DNA from: a virus
Taxonomy: Duplodnaviria; Caudoviricetes
IMG/VR virus record: IMGVR_UViG_3300034388_000016
Location: 1-43,197 of that record
Reading direction: 5' to 3' (one strand)
Length of the DNA stretch: 43,197 nt
In this document: positions 16,892-24,916 of the stretch, one piece after another
Layout: every line of letters starts with the position of its first letter
How positions within the stretch are numbered: the stretch's first letter is position 1
Notes under the pieces: generated by a model
Told to the model about the DNA's origin: nothing
Database searches by the model: none
Seen by the model: the letters and a program-made list of their open reading frames with translations, nothing else
Position numbers and translations under genes: made by a program

Positions 16892-18631
16892 TTATTTCTT
16901 GGGCGCACGAATGTCGCTAGCTGCTGGGTTGAAGAGCCAGTCCATAGTGCCAGCTATGCTAGAGTTCCGAGCAGCAGCAACGCCGCGAACATCTTGCATC
17001 AGTGCACGCTTGATGGATTCAGGCTTCATCAAGTCTACCTTGATAGGGCCGCCAAATGCGCCAGCAGCTCCCAGCGTAAAGGCGTAGGAGTCTTGCGTGC
17101 GGAAGCCATAGAGATCATACTTGAGATCTTCGTAGTTCTTTCTGGCGCCAGCACGGTAGTACTGAGCAACGGCATCAGCTGCATCCTCCGGCGCCATTTC
17201 CCGACTTGCCACCTTATCTCGAATGACTTTCAGGGCACGCTGCTCAGTCTCAACGCCAAGCTGTGCAGGATTGCCAGCAGCAACAGCAGCAGCTTTGATA
17301 GCGTGGACAAGTGGGTTGTTTGCAAGATGTGCCACGCGTGCGTCACCATTCTGAATGGCGTCAAGCATGACATTGGGGTTGACCTTGTACGGCATCCCAG
17401 GCATCTTGTCCCATTTTGGGTCGGAAAGATCAGAGCCTTTCGTAGCCATCGAAGCACCTTCGACTGCCTGCTGCACCTTGTCACCTGCAAGCTCAAGCTG
17501 CTTATCCATGGGCATGGATTTAAGGCCAGGGTTGAGTGCCTGCTCCGTCGGAGAGTTCAGGCGCTCCATCTCATGACTTGTCAACACTTGCATACTCTGC
17601 AAGAAGCCTGAGCGTCGTGCATCCGTGGGATCATTGGCAAGAATCTGCGGTGCCTTGCGAGCAGTCTGCAGAGTCTGTACCCAGGAGTTGCCAAGGTTGC
17701 CAGTGTTGGCAGTATCGACGAGAGCCTGCGCAACTTTGGGATTCAGTGTCTTGAGCTGTGCTTTGGTGACTGGCTCCTTGAAGCCAAACATGGGGCTGAC
17801 AAGCGCAAGACGCTGATTCAGAGCAGCGTCGTCTTCCATTTCTGCCTTCATCTTTGCTAGGCGCATGTTCCGCAGCTCGTCCATTTCAGCGCGCCGTGAG
17901 CGAGCATCAGCGGCATTCTCCTTGCGTACTGCATTGTCAAGCTCAAGGCGAGCAGCTTTGAAAGAATTGTCGTTCACGCGGTCAATGATATTAACCTGCT
18001 GCATCTTCATCGCAGACAGTCGGCTGGCGTTTTCCAGCTCATGCTGAGTGAGCACAGACTGAGACTGCATTGCACGGGCTTTGGCATCTGCCAGCTTGGC
18101 ATCGCGGATGGAATCAGCACTGTTAGCAACCACTTGCTTGTTCAGATTCTCCATCATGCCCGTGCGGACAGCGATGTTTTGCGAGGCGGCGCCAACGGCT
18201 GTAGCCGCATTGTTCACGCGGTTTGCCACAGACGGCAGATTCATGCGACCAACGATATACCCCAGAGGATCATCGAAGAAGTTCTGATTCGTGATCTGCG
18301 TGTATTCACCGAGGGCCTGTTCATGCTCAGAGGTGGCACGATCAAGCAGAGAAATGCTACGCTGAATCTGATTCTCAGCAACAGTGCGATCAAGGCCCAG
18401 CAACTGTTGGTTCTGCTCTTGTTGCTTGTTGCGCGCGAACTCAATAGCCGCAGTCTGACCTGCTGCCTCTTGTGCAAGTGTAATAGCAGACTGTGCCTGA
18501 GCGGCAGATTGCCCACCAAGTTCAGCAACTCGTGCTGTGTCCGCCTTGAGCGCTTCGCCTGCATCAATCAATGCGCTATTCGCCACATTCGTGCCACCGA
18601 TGATGTTGCGGACCATCTCGTCAATGTTCAT
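16892..18631 (-). CDS. Internal virion protein (579 aa, coiled-coil)
   Basis: Ala/Gln-rich helical ORF between two other ejection-type genes; AGGAG RBS. Confidence 0.65.
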   Translation of the reverse strand: MNIDEMVRNIIGGTNVANSALIDAGEALKADTARVAELGGQSAAQAQSAITLAQEAAGQTAAIEFARNKQQEQNQQLLGLDRTVAENQIQRSISLLDRATSEHEQALGEYTQITNQNFFDDPLGYIVGRMNLPSVANRVNNAATAVGAASQNIAVRTGMMENLNKQVVANSADSIRDAKLADAKARAMQSQSVLTQHELENASRLSAMKMQQVNIIDRVNDNSFKAARLELDNAVRKENAADARSRRAEMDELRNMRLAKMKAEMEDDAALNQRLALVSPMFGFKEPVTKAQLKTLNPKVAQALVDTANTGNLGNSWVQTLQTARKAPQILANDPTDARRSGFLQSMQVLTSHEMERLNSPTEQALNPGLKSMPMDKQLELAGDKVQQAVEGASMATKGSDLSDPKWDKMPGMPYKVNPNVMLDAIQNGDARVAHLANNPLVHAIKAAAVAAGNPAQLGVETEQRALKVIRDKVASREMAPEDAADAVAQYYRAGARKNYEDLKYDLYGFRTQDSYAFTLGAAGAFGGPIKVDLMKPESIKRALMQDVRGVAAARNSSIAGTMDWLFNPAASDIRAPKK

Positions 18632-18659
18632 TTATGTTTCTCCTGTATGCCTGCTGGCA

Positions 18660-20693
18660 TTAACCTTGCAGCGCCGCTGGCGTATGGAATTCATCCTTCA
18701 GCCGATCGAAGAATTCGACGCCAACCTTCTCAACAACGTCAGCTGGCATGATGTATTCGTTATTGGATACGGCAATCGGCTGTTTGCCGTCAACAATGGC
18801 AGGGATGCTGTCGCTGACACCGGTGCCTGGACCCTTGATCTGGCCACCATCTGCCCAGCCAAAGAAGCTGCTGATAACATCGCCCCAGTGACTTACTGTG
18901 TCGCTGACAGCGCCAACAGGATTGCTGAGTACATCCCCTGCAACATCCCCCCAATGAGAGACTGTGTCACCAACAAACCGCGCGTCATTCGCCACACTAT
19001 CCAGTGTGTTGCTTATATAGCTGCCAGTAGCGCCAATCGGGTCAGTGAAGGAATCGCGTGCAAAGTAGAAAGCATCACTCAGCTTCTCACCGCCACTGCG
19101 TGCGATGTTGCCTCCGCTCAAATCATCCACAATGCCGAGCGCAGTTCCCACAACAGGGATGTAATTCATGCCAACACGAGCAGCGCCAGCGAAGCGATCA
19201 TCTTCATCTTCAGCGGTCAGTGCGTTGTAGCCGCCAATGACAGCACCAGCATGAGGCACAGCCTTCTTGCCCAAGGTCTCAGCCAGAGCAGCTTCAGTGC
19301 CTTTTCTGATAGCTAACTGCGTGGCTGCACGCTCAGGATTGGCTGCAAAGTTCAGGGCCATGCCAGCATTGCTGAGGTCGCCGGCAAGTCCAGATTCGCC
19401 TGCGGCCTTTGCACCAATGCTGCTAAGATTGGTCAGTGCGCCACCAAGAGCTAGATCGCTTGGAGTCCTTGGCAAGGCGGAGTTGACTAGGCCCGGAATC
19501 TGGTGCGCACCTCCAGGGCCAGCTATCCCCAGATCAGACAGCGCACGGAAGGGAGCAGCACTACCACCGCCGAGTGCGCTCATGCCTTGTGGCTTGAACA
19601 TTTCCACAGACGGATTTAAGCTGCGACGCGAGCCGCCAGCACGAACTACGCCACCGTCAGCGTAGCCCTCAGGCTTTTTTGAGGCACCGCCAGTCTGGCT
19701 GCCAGCCAGAAGTTCTTGTGCCACCAGCTTGGCAAAGCTATCCATCTGCGTGTTGGCAGTGAAGCCTACATCAAAGCGAGAATCTTTGCGAAGTTCCGCT
19801 GTCTCTTCCGGCTCAGACGTAGATTTGCGACCGCCGCGACCGACAAGGCCACCATCTGCAAAGCCCTCGAAACTGCCCCAGTCGTCAGCGGCTGGCTGTG
19901 CGTACTCATTCATTGCCGCTGCCCAGTCCTGCTCGAAAGTATCTTGCGGAACTGCAGGAGCTGCGGGGGGCTGTGCGTACTCCGTAGTGGCAGCTTGCCA
20001 TGCCTGCTCAAAGGAATCGCCGCCGGCGCTAACCTCAGGGATGTAAGGAAGTTGCTGAGTCAGCGCACTGCCAGTAGGAACTGCAGCAGTGACAGCACCA
20101 CTTGGCTGCAAACCAGGCAGCTGCTCAACGCCGCTGACAGCTGGCGCACTGGTCACAGGTGCGGCAGCTTTCTCGCCAGCCTTGCCACCAATGCCAAGTT
20201 TCTCAAGAACGCCAGCCTTGCTGAGTGCCTGCAAGATGGCAAGGTTACGCAGAGAGCCCATCTGATCGACGCCATCAGTGCGCTTAGCACCCTGCGTTGC
20301 CTGGGCAATAGCGGTGCCAGCTTGCGTTTGTGTCTGCAGATTGGCCAGCTGCTGTTTGACAAGCTGATCCTGCGCAGAGACAGTAGTCTGCTGAAGCAGC
20401 CGCTGCAACGCTTGGCTGATTGCGCTGTTATTGCCAGTGCGAGCGCCAATGGCGTTGGAGAGTGCAGGCATGAGGCCTTGAATCTGGCCAGCTGCCTGCT
20501 GGAAGATGCTCTGCAATAGCGCAGAATTGTCCATGCCCTTGAGGCCAGACACTGCACCTTGCAGCACACTGGTATCCCCAGGGCTGACAGTGGTAGTAGT
20601 TGGGCCTGCAATAGCACCAGTGAGGAGCTTGGACAGCGCCTCATCAATTGGACTTGTGGCCGTAGGAACGGTAACTTGCTTTTCACCAGCCAT
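18660..20693 (-). CDS. Internal virion protein (677 aa) with three G[FYW]ADGG motifs and a tape-measure-like C-terminal domain
   Basis: GAGG RBS; C-terminus ADGGQIKGPGTGVSDSIPA...SNNEYIMPADVV; internal repeats. Confidence 0.7.
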   Translation of the reverse strand: MAGEKQVTVPTATSPIDEALSKLLTGAIAGPTTTTVSPGDTSVLQGAVSGLKGMDNSALLQSIFQQAAGQIQGLMPALSNAIGARTGNNSAISQALQRLLQQTTVSAQDQLVKQQLANLQTQTQAGTAIAQATQGAKRTDGVDQMGSLRNLAILQALSKAGVLEKLGIGGKAGEKAAAPVTSAPAVSGVEQLPGLQPSGAVTAAVPTGSALTQQLPYIPEVSAGGDSFEQAWQAATTEYAQPPAAPAVPQDTFEQDWAAAMNEYAQPAADDWGSFEGFADGGLVGRGGRKSTSEPEETAELRKDSRFDVGFTANTQMDSFAKLVAQELLAGSQTGGASKKPEGYADGGVVRAGGSRRSLNPSVEMFKPQGMSALGGGSAAPFRALSDLGIAGPGGAHQIPGLVNSALPRTPSDLALGGALTNLSSIGAKAAGESGLAGDLSNAGMALNFAANPERAATQLAIRKGTEAALAETLGKKAVPHAGAVIGGYNALTAEDEDDRFAGAARVGMNYIPVVGTALGIVDDLSGGNIARSGGEKLSDAFYFARDSFTDPIGATGSYISNTLDSVANDARFVGDTVSHWGDVAGDVLSNPVGAVSDTVSHWGDVISSFFGWADGGQIKGPGTGVSDSIPAIVDGKQPIAVSNNEYIMPADVVEKVGVEFFDRLKDEFHTPAALQG

Positions 20694-20724
20694 GATTGAT
20701 TCCTCTCAAAAATTCACTGTCATC

Positions 20725-20761
20725 AGTATATGACGAAACTGCAAGGACGAGCATTACTAAT
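20725..20761 (-). promoter_or_regulatory. Putative late promoter for the internal virion genes
   Basis: Minus strand ATTAG-26 nt-TATACT in the intergenic gap; poor -35. Confidence 0.45.
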
Positions 20762-21296
20762 CCCGGCGGCGCATGCTAAACTTGTCAAGACTGCGGAAGC
20801 CAAGATAGGCAGCAGCAGGAGCGAGCAAGATACTTGCAATTTCCCAATTGGCCCCGCCAGCTGTAAGCTTGGCTGCATGAGCCAACTCAGAGGCAAAGAT
20901 ATAGACGACAGTAGCGTACCAGCTTTGTCGTGCCATCATGGGACGAGTGCGACGCACATACTCATCTTGCGCCACATCACCCCCGCGAATGGTATCTTGT
21001 TGCTCCTTGTGCTCTGCCTGCGCGTCTTGCAACTTGGCCAGCGTAATAGTTCGCAGGTGCTCGCGGATGCTGGCAGCTTCTTGATTCGCCAGTTCTTGCA
21101 GCTTCACGCGCGTAGCCGGATCGCTCTGCAGCATTTGCAGTGCCTGTGCAGGATCATCGGTGCCTGTGGCACTGCTAATAAGGGAGGCGCCGGCAGCGAT
21201 TGCGCCCTGCACATTTCCAGTCAGCAAGCTACCTACGAGAGCAGCTCCACCCGTCAGATTCTTCTTGACCCATCCACCTACTTCGGACCACTCCAT
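20757..21296 (-). CDS. Holin-like protein (3TM/GTA-holin type)
   Basis: Hydrophobic N-terminus, coiled middle, RRTRP motif followed by two TM segments ending YLGFRSLDK; next to the endolysin. Confidence 0.7.
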   Translation of the reverse strand: MEWSEVGGWVKKNLTGGAALVGSLLTGNVQGAIAAGASLISSATGTDDPAQALQMLQSDPATRVKLQELANQEAASIREHLRTITLAKLQDAQAEHKEQQDTIRGGDVAQDEYVRRTRPMMARQSWYATVVYIFASELAHAAKLTAGGANWEIASILLAPAAAYLGFRSLDKFSMRRRD

Positions 21297-21330
21297 GAGA
21301 TTCTCCTAGTCTGCGAATGCGCGAATGTTG

Positions 21331-21729
21331 TTACGGATATTGTTTGTGCGGCAGCTGGAAATGCGGGCCATCTTTGAAAGTGCGCCAGTCACCTCCCCAC
21401 TCAATAGGGACATTGAGCTCCTTAGCTGCAAGCTTCATAGCATCTGCAATCTTCGAGTAGAGAGGCCAATCCCAGCGAACCTCATCACCTACAAAAGCAG
21501 CCAGATCAACTGCCTTAGCGTAGCCATCAGTCCCTGGAATGTGACGGGAGTTGAGAGTGCGCGAGGCACCGGCGTCCCGCAATTCCAGCTGCTTCTGCGG
21601 TGTTCTTGCCCCTTCCGTGACAGCAAAGTCAATTACTGTCAGCTCAATGGCGCGATCAACCACCCGAACAAGATCAGGATGCACGTCTTTGAGTTTGCCC
21701 CAACTGCGCTCAGAAAGAACAAATGCCAT
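21331..21729 (-). CDS. Endolysin, peptidase M15 family (L-Ala-D-Glu type)
   Basis: VHPDL, EGART, SRH...AVD, WGGDW...DGPHFQL motifs; TAATG overlap and GGAG RBS place the start at 21729. Confidence 0.9.
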   Translation of the reverse strand: MAFVLSERSWGKLKDVHPDLVRVVDRAIELTVIDFAVTEGARTPQKQLELRDAGASRTLNSRHIPGTDGYAKAVDLAAFVGDEVRWDWPLYSKIADAMKLAAKELNVPIEWGGDWRTFKDGPHFQLPHKQYP

Positions 21730-22367
21730 TATACACTCCAATCAGTATAAGAACCGTCAGTGTAGAGGACTCGCAGGGTTGTGGAATTCGGCTTGTAGAT
21801 AGAACTTACCATCTTGCCCACTGGCTGGATGTTTAGCATGACGCCGGCGCTACCTAGTCCTGTGGCAACGATCTGCTTGATGCTGGCATCTGCTGCTGGC
21901 ACAGTTGATTGCATTGCGCCAGCAGCACTCAGGTAGTAAGTCGTGCCAAGTGTTGTGCCAGAGACGCCCTTACACATGCCACTGCCGAAGATGCAGGCAC
22001 CGTCACTGCCAGAGGCGATGCCCAGGGGCATATCACAGATGGCATGAGCAGGCTTTGTAAGTGTAGCAGCGTCAGCAAGACTGGCAGCTAAACGACTACC
22101 GTCAATGCTAAGCGTAACAAGTGCGCCGTAAGGAATCGTCTCCAAAGCACGCACATAGATGCGCCGACCGCGAGAATTGCTCAGCCCTGTGAATTGGTCA
22201 ATGATCGCCTGCTCACTTGCGTCATACTGAATCACACCAGTGAGATAAGAGAGCTGCTGAGCCAGCACGCTGACGGCGCGATAGAGAGGCGCCACGAGCG
22301 ACGCCTTCTCATCATCTAGACCAGAAGGTAAATCTGGCAGCCCTGTGTTGATGTTGAATGCTGGCAT
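21729..22367 (-). CDS. Virion structural protein (212 aa)
   Basis: Coupled to the nozzle gene; G..YYLS..G motif like capsid-cement/fibre domains. Confidence 0.65.
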   Translation of the reverse strand: MPAFNINTGLPDLPSGLDDEKASLVAPLYRAVSVLAQQLSYLTGVIQYDASEQAIIDQFTGLSNSRGRRIYVRALETIPYGALVTLSIDGSRLAASLADAATLTKPAHAICDMPLGIASGSDGACIFGSGMCKGVSGTTLGTTYYLSAAGAMQSTVPAADASIKQIVATGLGSAGVMLNIQPVGKMVSSIYKPNSTTLRVLYTDGSYTDWSV

Positions 22368-24076
22368 CAGTTGCTCCCTGATCTCACACCTTCAAGGATC
22401 ATGGTGCTCAGGTTGAATGTGCCTTCCACAACAACGTTGAAGTTCTTGCAATCAATCATGTCACCAAAGACCCGGAAGTTGCCGGCGCTAAGCACTTCCG
22501 TGAGCTGAATGGCAGGCTCCAGCGTAGCTCCGTCGTAGGAAGGCTGGACGTAGACACGGCCACTTTCCATGTTCTCAACTTCAGCTCGATTGAACTGGAT
22601 ATTACCAGTGCGTGTAAGCTGAACACGGCCAATCACGACGACAGCCTCATCCTCAGCAGTTCGCGCCTCATCACTCCAGACGGCAATCTTAATCTCGCCC
22701 GTATTAAGAAGGAATGCCATTCCATGCTGGGCAGCAACTAGATCGCTACTAGCAGTCTGCGTCTGCTCATAGGTCAGCGGGGCTGTGGCAGAGTAGGAGA
22801 TATCCCCCATCATTGAGTAGGTGATAGGTGCTGTGATCTGGCCGTAGTTGTAGTAGAAGCAGTCTTTGTGGACAAGGCGCAATTTGCCCCAGCGCTTTAA
22901 CGTCTGGTCATAGACCAGGGCGTAACTGAATACACCAGGAAACGTGCCATAAGAGATGACGATATAGCGATTAGCGACAGCTGTAATCTTTGTGAAGAGG
23001 TCGAGTGACATGCCAGCTTGAGACAGCGTCTGCGTTGCAAAGTTGTATCGCTCAATCTGCCTGCCGGCAATGAAATCACTGACTTCACTGTGGTCGTTCT
23101 CAGCACTGTTGAGAGAAATCTTCTGAATACCTGCAGTAGTGTACGCAATCACATAGCCGAGACTGCCTTCCACAGTGGCCTGCTCATAGGTAGAGAGTCC
23201 GCCAGCGCCAGGAATGGCACGGAACACCCAAGGAGCTGCCAGATTCTGCGCCATGTAGCTTGCAGCCACGGCATTACGTGAGGTGAAGATGATGACACCG
23301 CCAGGCACAGCAATGCAAGCTGTGATTGGACCCTTAACATCCTCTGGAACCTGCACACCCGCACCCGTAAAGGCACCGTTAGCATAGATGGTGAAGTCAA
23401 ACGCTGTGCCATTGAATGGTGCCCAAGCCACTGCCAGCCCAGACCAGACAATAAGATAGCCATTAGAGGAAGAAATGCCGTCAATCTCACCTACTGCGAA
23501 TGGAAGATTGGCAATCAACGCGCCGGCAGGGTCAAGGGACTTGGTGGCAGGATTCCACGCCAGGATACTCATATCCATGGGCGTCACATCGTTGCTCTTG
23601 AGCCGAGAATAGCAGACAAAGGTCTTGCCATCCACATAGGCATAGGTGACGGGACTGACTGCTGGATTCAGCGTAGGATCGACAACAGTTGGCGACCAGA
23701 TAGTTGCCCACAGCTCATAACTCCAAGCGCCAACGGCGTCGTCGTAGGTGTAGTTCTTGCCTGCTGACGGAGAGTACAGGACCACATTCTCGTCGGCGTC
23801 ACGCAGAGGAAAAATCTGGTTGAAGTCTGAGTTGACAGACGGCGCAATGAGCTGAGAATATCCTACAGATCGCAACCCCTCAGTGACTGGCATGAAGTTC
23901 TCGCCATAGACAACCTGTGCCATGTTGTAGTCAACAGATTCAGGATCACCCATGAACGTCTTTTGCACTCGTGCAGGTGCATCGAGTCCGGGAATGAATA
24001 CAGCCCGCTGGCCCTTAGTAGATACCAAGGGGAAGCGAGCTGCATTGAGTGCAACCTTGAATCGTTGGACTGCCAT
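22367..24076 (-). CDS. Tail nozzle / DNA stabilisation protein (P22 gp10 / T7 gp12-like, 569 aa)
   Basis: Beta-rich, size and position typical, ENFMP motif near the N-terminus; AAGGA RBS supports start at 24076. Confidence 0.65.
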   Translation of the reverse strand: MAVQRFKVALNAARFPLVSTKGQRAVFIPGLDAPARVQKTFMGDPESVDYNMAQVVYGENFMPVTEGLRSVGYSQLIAPSVNSDFNQIFPLRDADENVVLYSPSAGKNYTYDDAVGAWSYELWATIWSPTVVDPTLNPAVSPVTYAYVDGKTFVCYSRLKSNDVTPMDMSILAWNPATKSLDPAGALIANLPFAVGEIDGISSSNGYLIVWSGLAVAWAPFNGTAFDFTIYANGAFTGAGVQVPEDVKGPITACIAVPGGVIIFTSRNAVAASYMAQNLAAPWVFRAIPGAGGLSTYEQATVEGSLGYVIAYTTAGIQKISLNSAENDHSEVSDFIAGRQIERYNFATQTLSQAGMSLDLFTKITAVANRYIVISYGTFPGVFSYALVYDQTLKRWGKLRLVHKDCFYYNYGQITAPITYSMMGDISYSATAPLTYEQTQTASSDLVAAQHGMAFLLNTGEIKIAVWSDEARTAEDEAVVVIGRVQLTRTGNIQFNRAEVENMESGRVYVQPSYDGATLEPAIQLTEVLSAGNFRVFGDMIDCKNFNVVVEGTFNLSTMILEGVRSGSN

Positions 24077-24077
24077 A

Positions 24078-24443
24078 TTATTCCTTGCCTTGCTTTCGGA
24101 TGATTGCAGCTGTACGTGCTTCAATAACCTTTTCAATGGCGAACAGCAGGCGCGTTGCCATGTGACCGCCGACACCAGCAGCAGCAGCTGCAATTCCCAC
24201 AGGCTGCCCGTAACTGGTGAGGATCATGAAGACACCTAAACCAACGAAGCCGCTGGTAAAGATTTCTCCTGCTAGTTCAATGAGATTGAACATTCTGGTA
24301 TGGCCTTGTTTGACGCGATGGTACCAGTTGATAAGTCCGCCGGCGAATGCCATGCCAAGTGCCAAAACCCAGGTACCACGCGGCCAATTAGTTGGATCAG
24401 AATCAAGCATGCTGTTTGTTGGTTGAGTTGTAATAGCCACCAT
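24078..24443 (-). CDS. Holin (LydA-like; start may be 24410)
   Basis: Three hydrophobic segments, ELAGEIFTSGFVG motif, basic C-terminus. Confidence 0.75.
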   Translation of the reverse strand: MVAITTQPTNSMLDSDPTNWPRGTWVLALGMAFAGGLINWYHRVKQGHTRMFNLIELAGEIFTSGFVGLGVFMILTSYGQPVGIAAAAAGVGGHMATRLLFAIEKVIEARTAAIIRKQGKE

Positions 24444-24478
24444 TGTGCCAGAGCATGTAAGCTGGCCAATAAGCTAAT
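24442..24478 (-). promoter_or_regulatory. Putative late promoter
   Basis: Minus strand ATTAG-26 nt-CACAAT with TGn extension and TTGGCC at 16 nt. Confidence 0.4.
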
Positions 24479-24483
24479 TCTGA

Positions 24484-24912
24484 TTAGGGAGTCGTGGGAG
24501 GCGCCGGCGGGAGAGCCGCCTTGATAGCAGCGATGCGATCATCCAGTGCCTTGATCTTGGCAAACCAAGGCTTTGCGCTGGCGCCAGGCTGCTCAAGCAA
24601 GAACTCCCGCAGGGTGCGCGGCATCAATTCATTTTGCTCAATACTCTTAACCTGCGCCATACCTTCAGCATACGTGGCAGCATCAATCTGCTCTTGACTC
24701 TTGCGAGTAAAGACGACGTAAGGTGCAGTGTCCTGCTCATTGCGGAAATAGAGTTTCTCGCTATAGTCTGCGGGCGGTACAGGGTCAGGAATCTCCGTGA
24801 TGCCGTAGCGTTCACGATTCTCAGGAATGGTGAGGTTGATACCGTGAGCGCCATCAGGTGCCGTGAACGGTGCGTAGATGTTGACCTTGCGGCCTTCTTG
24901 ATTGATGAACAT
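24484..24912 (-). CDS. Tail fibre assembly/chaperone-like protein (142 aa)
   Basis: Directly follows the fibre gene; GAGG RBS; GITEIPDP..P motif and helical C-terminus. Confidence 0.6.
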   Translation of the reverse strand: MFINQEGRKVNIYAPFTAPDGAHGINLTIPENRERYGITEIPDPVPPADYSEKLYFRNEQDTAPYVVFTRKSQEQIDAATYAEGMAQVKSIEQNELMPRTLREFLLEQPGASAKPWFAKIKALDDRIAAIKAALPPAPPTTP

Positions 24913-24916
24913 TTTG

